Positions 36,088 to 45,553 of a stretch of 54,326 nt of DNA are shown piece by piece. The position numbers and the translations under genes were made by a program. The stretch spans positions 1 through 54,326 of the forward strand of contig JBBTSV010000014.1 in the NCBI GenBank assembly GCA_038064595.1. The letters are read 5' to 3'. Position 1 is the stretch's first letter. Each line of letters begins with the position of its first letter. The DNA is from Patescibacteria group bacterium. Its GTDB lineage: Bacteria > Patescibacteriota > Minisyncoccia > Phycocordibacterales > Phycocordibacteraceae. Under the pieces are notes generated by a model that worked only from the letters and a program-made list of their open reading frames with translations, did not search any database and was not told where the DNA came from.

Positions 36088-37857
36088 ATGTGCGGCATAA
36101 TCGGCATTGTGGGGGGTGACACAAAAACGCGTGAAGACGCTGTCGTGCGGGCGATCCCCACCTTGTCGCGTCGCGGTCCAGACGGTCATGGAAGCATGTT
36201 CTTCTCTCGTGCGGCACTCGGGCACACTCGTCTTGCGATTATCGACCTCGCGACCGGTACCCAGCCCATGAAAGATACCACGCGCAACATCGCCATCTCC
36301 TTTAATGGCGAGATATTCAATTATCGAGAACTACGCCGAGAGCTTGAAATGCGTGGACATCATTTTGCCACCACGTCGGATACGGAGGTTATCCTAAAAG
36401 CATATAGCGAATATGGTGACCGATGCCCGGAATATCTCGACGGTCAATTTGCTTTTGCGATATGGGACAATGAACGGTCGCGACTGTTTATGGCGCGCGA
36501 TCGGTTTGGAGAAAAACCGTTTTTTTATAGCCATCGCGACAACACGTTTCTTTTTGCGTCTGAAATTAAGGCATTGCGTGCGACGGGGATGGTGCGTGAC
36601 GAGCTCGATCTCGTGTCGATCGACAATTATCTCGCATTGTATTTCATACCACCGTGGCGGACCATGTATCGCGATATCACCCCCCTACTTCCCGCACATC
36701 GAGCGGTATTTGAAGCAGGGAAGTTTACCACCGAGCGCTATTGGTCACTCAAGCGTTCCCCCGCCACCCTCTCGTTTGACGACGCGGCTTCACGCGTACG
36801 CGACCTGCTCTCTGCATCAGTCAAGAGTCGGCTGATCGCTGATGTTGAAGTGGGAGTGTTTCTTTCGGGCGGCATTGATTCAAGCATTGTTACTGCACTC
36901 GCGCGCGCACACACCTCAGCATCGCTCAAATCGTTTTCGGCAGGATTTGATGAATATCGAAATGAATTACCCTATGCGCGTGAAGTGGCGGAGCATGTGG
37001 GTACCGATCATCACGAACGAAACATATCCGTCTCGCTCGACGCTATTCGCGCGGTTACGCGCTACTATGACGAACCTCTTGGCGATTCTTCAAACATACC
37101 AACCGCGCTTATCGCTCAATTGGCGCGGGAGAAAGTGACCGTAGCCCTTTCCGGAGACGGGGGAGATGAGCTCTTTTTTGGGTATGGCCATTACCGCGCA
37201 CACTGGCATCTGCCTGCCTATAAGAAGATACTCGCGCAGGTACTCGGCTACACTCCTGATCGGCTCTTCATACGCAGTCATCTCACCATGTTCTCAGTAG
37301 GTGAGCGGCAGCGGCTCTGGAAAGATGGAGCAGTCATCGAACGCGACCTTACGGCACGGATCGATCTTGGAGAGGCTGAGACACCGCTCCAGCGTCTCAA
37401 TCTTTTGGACTTCTATCTTAAACTTCCCGGCGACATGCTTACCAAGGTAGACCGCTCGTCCATGATGCACTCCTTGGAGGTGCGCAGCCCGTTTCTCAAT
37501 CATGAGCTCGCAGAGTTTGCTTTTAACCTGCCTGACGCATACAAAACCAATCACACACAAGGCAAGATTATATTGGAAAAGGCGTTTAGTAACTTGCTCC
37601 CGGCCACGGTGTTTGCGAGAAAGAAACAAGGATTCGGCGCGCCGGTAAAAGACTGGCTCAAAGAAGCATCAATTCGCACGGCGCTCCACGATATGTTTAG
37701 AGATCCGCGCGTTGGCACCCTTCTTGAGGGTGATGCGGTGCGCTCCTATATCGATGCTTTTTATAACGGGGACGAACACTTAAGTTACAAACTCTGGATG
37801 CTCTTTACGCTCGAGCTGTGGATGCGCGAGCACGAGGGCGAGTACACCGTGAGTTAG
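36088..37857 (+). CDS. asnB: Asparagine-synthase-like glutamine amidotransferase (WbpS-type sugar amidation likely from context)
   Basis: MCGI, RRGPD, HTRLAIID, FNGEIFN, LSGGIDSS, SGDGGDELF, KVDR.SM..SLEVR. Confidence 0.9.
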   Translation: MCGIIGIVGGDTKTREDAVVRAIPTLSRRGPDGHGSMFFSRAALGHTRLAIIDLATGTQPMKDTTRNIAISFNGEIFNYRELRRELEMRGHHFATTSDTEVILKAYSEYGDRCPEYLDGQFAFAIWDNERSRLFMARDRFGEKPFFYSHRDNTFLFASEIKALRATGMVRDELDLVSIDNYLALYFIPPWRTMYRDITPLLPAHRAVFEAGKFTTERYWSLKRSPATLSFDDAASRVRDLLSASVKSRLIADVEVGVFLSGGIDSSIVTALARAHTSASLKSFSAGFDEYRNELPYAREVAEHVGTDHHERNISVSLDAIRAVTRYYDEPLGDSSNIPTALIAQLAREKVTVALSGDGGDELFFGYGHYRAHWHLPAYKKILAQVLGYTPDRLFIRSHLTMFSVGERQRLWKDGAVIERDLTARIDLGEAETPLQRLNLLDFYLKLPGDMLTKVDRSSMMHSLEVRSPFLNHELAEFAFNLPDAYKTNHTQGKIILEKAFSNLLPATVFARKKQGFGAPVKDWLKEASIRTALHDMFRDPRVGTLLEGDAVRSYIDAFYNGDEHLSYKLWMLFTLELWMREHEGEYTVS

Positions 37858-38516
37858 CGTGCACTGGCGTGAGTCGAGCTGGCCGTAAAGACATAACCAA
37901 GCGGGAATCGGACGCGTGAGGCGGGACGCAGAAACAGAAACAGTCGATCTAGGAGTGCGTAGGGGATATACAGAAGGGGGCGCACAAGACGGGGGAAAGA
38001 GAGCACCACGGTATTAAAATTAGCTATGAAAGGGCCGCCCCCTATACGCGTAATAGTGACATCCTTAAAACCTGCTTCGGCAAACATCTTGAATAACGCT
38101 TCGTGTGTGTAGCGGAAGTAGTCGTGCGGGTCTGGATGGTATCCAGCCCAGAACGGAACAAAGCCGATGATTCTGCCGTCGGGTCGTAAGATTCTGTGCG
38201 TTTCTCCGATAAGGTGGGTATATCGGTAAATATGTTCGAGGACGTTACAGAGGAGTACGGTATCGATTGACCCCGATGCATACGGCAAAGGGTCTTTCTC
38301 AAAATCAATAGGGCTTGATGAAAGGTCAGATACTTCAACTGCTGTGCCGCTCTCACTCTGCAGGTAAGAGAAATAGTCAGGGGAGCGGCCACCCCCCACG
38401 TCGACGACGTGACCCCGTATTGTCTCATGGGTGAGTGCGCGGTTCATGAGTATCCGGCACAAAGACTGACCGGCGTAGAGCTTTCGCAGGGTGTGACCGA
38501 TTCCGTACTTTTTCAT
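37854..38516 (-). CDS. Class I SAM-dependent methyltransferase
   Basis: VDVGGG, NVLEH, RILRPDG, HPDPHDYFRYT. Confidence 0.88.
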   Translation of the reverse strand: MKKYGIGHTLRKLYAGQSLCRILMNRALTHETIRGHVVDVGGGRSPDYFSYLQSESGTAVEVSDLSSSPIDFEKDPLPYASGSIDTVLLCNVLEHIYRYTHLIGETHRILRPDGRIIGFVPFWAGYHPDPHDYFRYTHEALFKMFAEAGFKDVTITRIGGGPFIANFNTVVLSFPRLVRPLLYIPYALLDRLFLFLRPASRVRFPLGYVFTASSTHASAR

Positions 38517-39823
38517 ACGGACGGTGATTGTGTGCGTGCGCTAGTGGGCATACGGCGTCGGATATGGGTAAGCATATAGGTACCGCCAACCGTCGCAAGT
38601 GCGATAAAAATCGGGTCAATGGGTAGCCGATAACGGGGATTAGTACCGAAGGCCGCAGGGATACTCGTCAGTGCGAAGTATGCGACCAGAAGGACAAGGA
38701 ACACTGCGCGGAGTGAGCGTTCGGTGAATATGAAAAAGGCGGCCCCAATGAACGCGGCAAGCGTAATCGCGATCCACAGAAGTCGTGCGATTACCAACAG
38801 GGGCAGGTACTCGCGCGGTTCATAGCCGCTACGGGCGAGAAGCGTGTACATACCGTCGTTGGTGAAGAAGGTAAAGAGTGATTTACCGGCAACAAATAGT
38901 GTCGCATCGGGGTGTGCACGCACCACTTCGAGAGCGCGTGCCGTATAGACATCGCCATTCGCGAGCGTTATCGCGTCACCACGGAATTCTTCTTTCGTCA
39001 GGAATGCCTGCAGCTCATCGGCGAGTGTGGTGCCATTGGCTACGGAGCGCACCGCCGGGGCGAGATTGGTATAGAGCACAAAGGGTGCCTGTGCGGAGAG
39101 ACCGGGGACGCTAAACACGAGCGTGTTACGTATGATCCATGGCGCGACGAGTGCCCCCACGAAAAGCAGATAGATACTCGCGTGCGCTACGCCACGCCGC
39201 CAGTCTACGGTGCCATGCTGCCACAGAACAAATGCGACGAATAGGAAAGGTATATACTGCACGCTTGCTTTGACGAGTATCGCGCAGCCAAGCAGCAGTG
39301 CCCCCATGATAAGTGAAGAGATGGTGCGCTTTTCGAGGTAGCGTAGGGACGCAAGTATCCAAAGAAAGAAGAGCAGGAGAAAGAGTGTTTCGGTATAAAA
39401 CTGGAATGAGAGCAGGGCAAGCGTTGGATCAAGAGCGAGAATAGCTCCCACGGCAATACTCATTTTCCGCGAACGGGTCATGCGCTCCGCTATTTGCATA
39501 CCGAGTGGTGGCAGTACGGACGCGGCGAGCATCTGGATACCTATCGCTCCACCGATACCGAACAGACCGATAAGGAGGGCGAGCACATAACTATAGCCGG
39601 GAGTTCGCAGTGGGTTCGGCGCATAAGGAGGTGATGAGCTCCACGAAAACCCGTTTCCGGCGAGGATGTTTTCGGCAAGCTCATAAAAACCGTCGTCACC
39701 GCGGACCGCGTTTAGAATATGCCCGTCGTTTGCGTGGACAACAAACAGAAAGCACCCAAGGTGCACCACCAGCGCTACGACGGCGAGGATGAGCTCTACT
39801 CGGTATCTTCTGATAACGGTCAT
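38513..39823 (-). CDS. GT-C (ArnT/PMT-like) membrane glycosyltransferase
   Basis: DD.FY.LA.N, RTPGY, TETLF, PWIIRN, RYRLP; multi-TM. Confidence 0.85.
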   Translation of the reverse strand: MTVIRRYRVELILAVVALVVHLGCFLFVVHANDGHILNAVRGDDGFYELAENILAGNGFSWSSSPPYAPNPLRTPGYSYVLALLIGLFGIGGAIGIQMLAASVLPPLGMQIAERMTRSRKMSIAVGAILALDPTLALLSFQFYTETLFLLLFFLWILASLRYLEKRTISSLIMGALLLGCAILVKASVQYIPFLFVAFVLWQHGTVDWRRGVAHASIYLLFVGALVAPWIIRNTLVFSVPGLSAQAPFVLYTNLAPAVRSVANGTTLADELQAFLTKEEFRGDAITLANGDVYTARALEVVRAHPDATLFVAGKSLFTFFTNDGMYTLLARSGYEPREYLPLLVIARLLWIAITLAAFIGAAFFIFTERSLRAVFLVLLVAYFALTSIPAAFGTNPRYRLPIDPIFIALATVGGTYMLTHIRRRMPTSARTQSPSV

Positions 39824-40263
39824 ACCGCGGGAACACGCTCACGAAATACAAAATGCTGATACGCGAAGTAGCCGACAACGGCGACGGTGCCGGTCGCAAG
39901 TACTTGTGCAAAGAGGTACCAGAGACCGATTTTTTCGATCAAAAGGTACATGACCACCGTATTGAGTATCAGATTACAAAACACCACCATACTGTACCGG
40001 ACAAACTGTGGTTGAACGTCGTAGATGGGCTTGTCCTGAAAGGTCCAGAATTTTTGTAGGGAAAACGAAACCACCATGGACAGTACAAACGCGATTACCG
40101 ATGCGTGAAGGTAATACACACGGCCAAAATGGACGAGAATAAACACGATGGCCAAATTGCTCGCCGCCGCCGCTGTACCAGACATGAGGTAACGAAGCAG
40201 GCGGTACATGCGTGGACCAAGGACATCCTCGGTTACTGTGTGGATTCTCAGGAGCCACCCCAT
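39820..40263 (-). CDS. gtrA: GtrA-family small flippase-like protein
   Basis: Four TMs, RYLMSG, FSLQKFWTF, FVF. Confidence 0.87.
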   Translation of the reverse strand: MGWLLRIHTVTEDVLGPRMYRLLRYLMSGTAAAASNLAIVFILVHFGRVYYLHASVIAFVLSMVVSFSLQKFWTFQDKPIYDVQPQFVRYSMVVFCNLILNTVVMYLLIEKIGLWYLFAQVLATGTVAVVGYFAYQHFVFRERVPAV

Positions 40264-40323
40264 AGGGAACAGTATAGCGTTTCGTGAGAAGAAGCTCTAT
40301 CTTTGGGAGTATACTACCTCCTA

Positions 40324-41961
40324 ATGAAAGAGGCGTTGTACAGACTGATCCGACACCTGTCAGTCGAAACGGTTCTCGTTGCCCTTTTTGGGTTGAGCTT
40401 TTTCATCGGCATTTGGTATGCGCTCCCGATGGTAAACACGGTTACCGACGTGTGGGCATTTGGTGGGGGTGTTCTGCGGGCGATGGAAGACCATTCGTTA
40501 CTTCCCGGTTATGGCGTTGCCTATGGGACACTCTCGTTTTACCAAAATTATATAGCGATGGTGGTGGTGCTTCTTTTCGCCCTGCCTTTTTTCGGTTTTA
40601 ACTTTGCCGCGTTAAAAACGGCACTCATTCTTAATCCGTCATACACACTGCTGGTGCCGCGTATGGTGTCCGCAGTGACCGCGGTAGTATTTTTGGGCGT
40701 CGTTTACCACTTTCTCAAGCGTGAAGTCCCTTCAGTATCCTGGCGAGTTGCACTGCTTGTGCTTGCGTTCGGTAACGTCCTGGCTACGATTTTGGTGCGT
40801 TCAGGAAAGATGTGGATTCTATCAACTACCCTCTGCATCGTGTCTTTTATATATGCGTATCGAGCTATTACGGAGGAAGCCCCCAAGGGCAAACCGGGTG
40901 TTTTTTCTGTGGTGTCCATATTTTCAGCGTTTCTCGCAGCCGCAAATTTTGCATTCGCCGGCCTCTTCCTTATCAACCTACCCATTTTTATATATGTATT
41001 TCCGAAGACACGAGAGGTGTTCATACGGCTCGCTACAGCCGTCGCTGGTGGGGTAGCTCTCTTTGTAGCGATATCCGCGCTGAACGCCGCGAATGTCATA
41101 GAACAAGTCTCTGCGTTTGCCGGTTCGCTTTTGGGAACACCGGGAAATATCGGAAATGGCGTGACGATGTTGTCATTTACTGAGGCATTTGCGGTAAATG
41201 CACGCCAAGCAATCGAGGCATTCCCGCTCCTTCTGGTCGCCCTCGTGGTTGTGGCATGGTATGGCGTACGCAATAAGACGCTCGCTCTTCTTGCGGCGCT
41301 ATACGCCGTGTTGTATATGTTAGCCCTCTCTGCTGTTTTTCGAGTTGATGACGGAGTCGCGCTCAATATACGACATGTGTTTCCGGTGGGCTTTTTTCTC
41401 ATGTGTATACTCGCGTCATGTAGGCCCCCCGCAAGATTCATTTCTTACGTTTTTGCCACCGTTGGACTAGTTGTATACGTATACAGCGTTATGCTCCTCT
41501 CATTTCCGACGACCTATAACCGCATGCTAGACCATGTCGTCAGTCGTTATAGCGATGCTCATATCAGAATAGACGAAAGCGTGTTTGAGCTGACGCTACC
41601 GATGAACAAGGAATCATACCTGCTTCACGGCACCTCTTCGTGTGGTTCTGCATGCACGCACGCCCTCGCATTGCCGAGAGATATAGCTTTTAGCCCTATT
41701 GTCGTTACGCATGATGCGGATCCTGAACGAGTAGCTCTCATACCACACCCAGATCTGTTTATCTCTTCGTCCGGTATTGATGGGTGCACCCCTCTCGCTC
41801 GTTTCGGCAACGAAGTCTCAGATGATGCTGTTTTTGACATAGACATCAATCTCGGACGCATGTTGATGCCTGAATTCTATGGGCTACGTATGCTGGGGAA
41901 GAACTTATATCTCTATGATGCACACTCGTGCACCCCACCGCCGTATGCCGTGCGACAGTGA
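40324..41961 (+). CDS. Polytopic membrane protein (possible GT-C fold)
   Basis: About 11 hydrophobic segments plus soluble C-terminus; glycan-locus context. Confidence 0.65.
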   Translation: MKEALYRLIRHLSVETVLVALFGLSFFIGIWYALPMVNTVTDVWAFGGGVLRAMEDHSLLPGYGVAYGTLSFYQNYIAMVVVLLFALPFFGFNFAALKTALILNPSYTLLVPRMVSAVTAVVFLGVVYHFLKREVPSVSWRVALLVLAFGNVLATILVRSGKMWILSTTLCIVSFIYAYRAITEEAPKGKPGVFSVVSIFSAFLAAANFAFAGLFLINLPIFIYVFPKTREVFIRLATAVAGGVALFVAISALNAANVIEQVSAFAGSLLGTPGNIGNGVTMLSFTEAFAVNARQAIEAFPLLLVALVVVAWYGVRNKTLALLAALYAVLYMLALSAVFRVDDGVALNIRHVFPVGFFLMCILASCRPPARFISYVFATVGLVVYVYSVMLLSFPTTYNRMLDHVVSRYSDAHIRIDESVFELTLPMNKESYLLHGTSSCGSACTHALALPRDIAFSPIVVTHDADPERVALIPHPDLFISSSGIDGCTPLARFGNEVSDDAVFDIDINLGRMLMPEFYGLRMLGKNLYLYDAHSCTPPPYAVRQ

Positions 41962-42029
41962 GTGAGGGAGCTGAACGCCGTTGTCTTGTGGGGCGGGAGC
42001 GAGCACTCTGTGCTATAGTGCTCCCTACG

Positions 42030-44225
42030 ATGAAGCAGACAAAGGTTGAGGAGGTATCGGTTGATACGACTGCAAAAAATGTCGCGCGCTGGGTCGCGCT
42101 CGGGGCGCTGTTCCTTCTCCCACTCATGCCGCTTATGGTGGCCAACTCCTACTTCTTCCCGTTCATCACCGGCAAGGCGTTTTATTTCCGCATTCTGGTT
42201 GAGATAGCGTTTGCCGCATGGGTAGTGCTCGCCTTTTTGGATAAGGCGTATCGTCCGCGCTTCTCCTGGGTTGGGACCTTGGTGCTCGCCTTTGTCGTGT
42301 GGATGGGTATCGCTGACGCATTTGCCATAAATGCCCAGAAGGCATTCTGGAGCAACTTCGAGCGTATGGAGGGGTGGGTCCTTCTGGTACACGCACTCGG
42401 TTTCTTTGTCGCGGCGGGTGCCGTGCTGCGGGTGGAGGAAAAGTGGCGAGCATGGTTTCTCACCATGCTCGGTGTCTCTTCGGTCATTGTTATCTATGCG
42501 CTCTTTCAAATCAATGGCTCTCTCGCGATTCATCAAGGGTCAACACGCATTGATGCTACCCTTGGCAACTCGTCATATCTCGCGGTCTACTTGTTGCTCA
42601 GCGTGGGGATCGCGGTATGGCTCGCTCTTACCGAGCAGCGTCACTGGCTCCGTTGGCTTCTTATAGGTTTGGCAACCATTGAAGGAGTCTTGGTGATTTT
42701 TACTGAAACGCGCGGAGCGGTGATTGGGCTTGCCGTGGGACTCGCGCTCGCGGCAATACTTACCGCGCTTACCGCGGGGAAACAGGCGCGTCGAGTGGCG
42801 GTCGTTGGCCTGCTTATGCTGACGGTTGTGGTCGGGGGGCTGTACGTTGCGCGTAACTCCGATGCCGTAAAGAACAATTCAACACTGCGGCGTGTCACCT
42901 CTATCTCGCTTAATGACGGAGCGACGCGCTTCACACTCTGGAACATGGCATGGCAAGGTACGCTCGAGCGGCCACTTATTGGGTGGGGGCAGGAGGGGTA
43001 CAACTATATATTCAATAAGTACTACGAGCCAAGTTTGTATAAACAGGAGCAGTGGTTTGATCGTGCCCACAACACATTTATTGATTGGCTCGTTGCGGGC
43101 GGATTCCCTGCATTCTTCCTCTACATCGCACTCTTTGTCTCGGCGATGATCGCGCTCTGGCGGCACTCAAACCTCTCGCGACCCGAGCGGATCGTGCTTA
43201 CCGCCGCTCTGGTGGGGTACGCAATCCACAATTTCTTTGTGTTCGATAATCTGGTCTCCTATCTCTATTTCTTTGCGATTCTCGCACTCATTGACTCTCA
43301 AGTTGCACGTCCTTTTCCTCGTCTTGAGAGAGCACCGACTCTTGCAGGGGAGGCAGGGCTTACCATGGCGCTCCCGGTGGCGACCGTTCTCCTCATTGTC
43401 ACGGTATGGGTTGTTAATGTACCGGGGATGCAGGTGGCGGGTAAAATCATCACGGCACTCTCCTCACAGCAGGTTGAAACCATTACGGCAACGTTCCAAG
43501 ATCTTGCGCTCAATCCTGCGTTTGCAGCGCAAGAGGTGCGCGAGCAGATTGTGAACTTCGCCGCATCAGCTGCGCAGAGCACCCAGCTCTCGGATGAACA
43601 GAAACAGCAGATAGCCGCACTGGCGGTGACCGAGATACAGAAACAAATTAAAGCGTATCCGCTCGACGCACGACAACACCTTCAGCTCGCGTACGTGTAC
43701 CGTTCATTTGGCGTCTATGATGAGGCACTGAAAGCTATGGAACAGGCGAACGCCCTGTCACCTAAAAAGATTGATATGTACCTTCTACGAGGGATCACCG
43801 CGTGGGATAAGGGGGACACCCAGTTCGCCAGAGAGATGTTTACCACCGCGTATACACTCGCACCGCAGTTTACCGACCTCGCCGAGTACGCTGCCGCGGG
43901 GGAGCTTGCTGCGGGCAACGTTACCGCCGCCGACGCTATTTTAACCACCGCATTCGGGACCACCACAGTCGACAGTAATATACTGGCGACTGCGTACTAC
44001 CGCGCTCGCAACTGGCCTCGCCTTATCGCACTCTGGGAGCGTCGGGTCGCTGCGCCGGACGCGACGGTACAACACTGGTTCTCACTTGCCGCCGCCTACT
44101 ACACGGCGGGAGCCAACGCGCAAGCTATTGCGATACTTACCGAGGCAGGGAAGCGGTTCCCTGATGCTGCTGAATCCGTACGTGAGGCAATCAAGCAGGT
44201 GCAGGGTGCAGCGAATGTTCAATGA
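42030..44225 (+). CDS. O-antigen ligase / O-oligosaccharyltransferase family (Wzy_C) with TPR repeats
   Basis: SNFERMEG, TLGN, TETRGA, RPLIGWG, FDRAHN...GG; C-terminal TPR-like helices. Confidence 0.87.
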   Translation: MKQTKVEEVSVDTTAKNVARWVALGALFLLPLMPLMVANSYFFPFITGKAFYFRILVEIAFAAWVVLAFLDKAYRPRFSWVGTLVLAFVVWMGIADAFAINAQKAFWSNFERMEGWVLLVHALGFFVAAGAVLRVEEKWRAWFLTMLGVSSVIVIYALFQINGSLAIHQGSTRIDATLGNSSYLAVYLLLSVGIAVWLALTEQRHWLRWLLIGLATIEGVLVIFTETRGAVIGLAVGLALAAILTALTAGKQARRVAVVGLLMLTVVVGGLYVARNSDAVKNNSTLRRVTSISLNDGATRFTLWNMAWQGTLERPLIGWGQEGYNYIFNKYYEPSLYKQEQWFDRAHNTFIDWLVAGGFPAFFLYIALFVSAMIALWRHSNLSRPERIVLTAALVGYAIHNFFVFDNLVSYLYFFAILALIDSQVARPFPRLERAPTLAGEAGLTMALPVATVLLIVTVWVVNVPGMQVAGKIITALSSQQVETITATFQDLALNPAFAAQEVREQIVNFAASAAQSTQLSDEQKQQIAALAVTEIQKQIKAYPLDARQHLQLAYVYRSFGVYDEALKAMEQANALSPKKIDMYLLRGITAWDKGDTQFAREMFTTAYTLAPQFTDLAEYAAAGELAAGNVTAADAILTTAFGTTTVDSNILATAYYRARNWPRLIALWERRVAAPDATVQHWFSLAAAYYTAGANAQAIAILTEAGKRFPDAAESVREAIKQVQGAANVQ

Positions 44226-45238
44226 CCGTTCTTGAGCGCGCACCCCTTGCTCCTCGTACCACTCTCGGCGTTGGCGGTACCGCACGATTTTTAGTTACCG
44301 TCGAAGGTGACGACGATGTACGTACGGCGATAGCGTTTGCACAGAAACAGGCGCTCCCGCTGCGGGTGCTCGGCGCAGGGAGTAATGTATTGATTCCAGA
44401 CACCATGCTTGATGCCGTTGTGGTGCAGCTCACACTCACGGATATCACTATCACCGATGAAGGAGAGACCGTGCTCGTGCATGCGGCTGCTGGTGCACTC
44501 TGGGAGTCGGTGGTGATGCTGTGTGAGGAGCATGCACTATGGGGCATTGAAAATCTCGCAGGTATCCCCGGATCGGTTGGTGGCGCCGCAGTGCAGAACA
44601 TTGGTGCGTATGGCGCTGAATTGAGTTCAGTATTTCTATACGCGGACACGATTGACAGCGCAACGGGTACCACTGCACGGATACTTCATGAGCATGCTGC
44701 GCTCGCGTATCGTTCCAGTTTTTTCAAAACACACCCAGCGCTCGTGATCACGCACGTGGGGCTCAGGCTCGCAAAACACGCCCTCCCAAATCTCTCCTAC
44801 CCTGACCTCCTTCGGCTGCACGATACGGGTGCGGTGCTCTCCACTCCGAGAGAGATAGCGCAGGCAGTGCGCATGATTCGTGCAAATAAATTCCCGGCCA
44901 ACTCAGGCATGGGAACGGCGGGCTCGTTTTTCAAGAACCCCGTGGTGGACGCGACCTTGGCAGCGCACCTCGCCGAGCTCCACCCTGGGCTCCCTCAATT
45001 CCCGCAAGCCGACGGGAGAGTAAAACTCCCACTCGCCTGGATCCTCGATCACATTCTCGGTCTCAAGGGATACGCGTATGGATCGGTGCGCCTCTTCGAG
45101 AAGCAGCCTATGGTGATTGTCGCGGAGCGCGGAGCAACGGCGACTGAGGTCGATGCATTGGTTACCATGGTATGTGATCGTGTGTATGAGTCGATAGGGA
45201 TCACGATTGAACGTGAGGTAGAAACATTTACGGTGTGA
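44222..45238 (+). CDS. murB: UDP-N-acetylenolpyruvoylglucosamine reductase
   Basis: LGAGSNVL, IENLAGIPGSVGGAAVQNIGAYG, YRSS.FK, AGSFFKNP, EREV. Confidence 0.95.
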   Translation: MTVLERAPLAPRTTLGVGGTARFLVTVEGDDDVRTAIAFAQKQALPLRVLGAGSNVLIPDTMLDAVVVQLTLTDITITDEGETVLVHAAAGALWESVVMLCEEHALWGIENLAGIPGSVGGAAVQNIGAYGAELSSVFLYADTIDSATGTTARILHEHAALAYRSSFFKTHPALVITHVGLRLAKHALPNLSYPDLLRLHDTGAVLSTPREIAQAVRMIRANKFPANSGMGTAGSFFKNPVVDATLAAHLAELHPGLPQFPQADGRVKLPLAWILDHILGLKGYAYGSVRLFEKQPMVIVAERGATATEVDALVTMVCDRVYESIGITIEREVETFTV

Positions 45239-45268
45239 TGCGCAAAAAATTTCATACTCGACGCAAAG

Positions 45269-45277
45269 TTATCCACA
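45269..45277 (+). promoter_or_regulatory. Perfect DnaA box in AT-rich intergenic region
   Basis: TTATCCACA. Confidence 0.45.
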
Positions 45278-45403
45278 CGTTTTATTTTTTTCACACACAA
45301 AAATTTTTTTACGCGCGATAATGATCGTTAGAAACGTTTGAGTGTTGTTCACTCAACACACAGACGGGTCGACATATCAGCCATCATTTAATTCGCAACC
45401 ACC

Positions 45404-45475
45404 ATGGCAGCAAAGAAGCGAAAGACCGCAAAAAAGGCAACGAAGAAGCGCAAGGCAGCAAAGAAGCGCGGCTAG
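45404..45475 (+). CDS. 23-aa Lys/Arg/Ala-rich microprotein MAAKKRKTAKKATKKRKAAKKRG
   Basis: Clean ATG..TAG, histone-H1-like composition, only sensible ORF between AT-rich promoter region and a strong terminator. Confidence 0.75.
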   Translation: MAAKKRKTAKKATKKRKAAKKRG

Positions 45476-45480
45476 TTCCA

Positions 45481-45517
45481 AAGGAAAAACCCCGCTCCGG
45501 CGGGGTTTTTCCTTTTT
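45481..45517 (+). terminator. Strong (possibly bidirectional) intrinsic terminator
   Basis: AAGGAAAAACCCCGC-TCCG-GCGGGGTTTTTCCTT perfect 15-bp stem. Confidence 0.88.
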
Positions 45518-45553
45518 CGACCAGTGAGAACGAAAATGCTATAGTGGCTAGCG

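Noticed and set aside
45396-45407. Kozak-like CAACCACCATGG context
   Set aside because: Single instance; A/C-rich unstructured leaders are expected without SD use
45342-45527. 61-aa ORF in the murB-secA gap
   Set aside because: Runs through the terminator; the 23-aa basic ORF in another frame explains the sequence better
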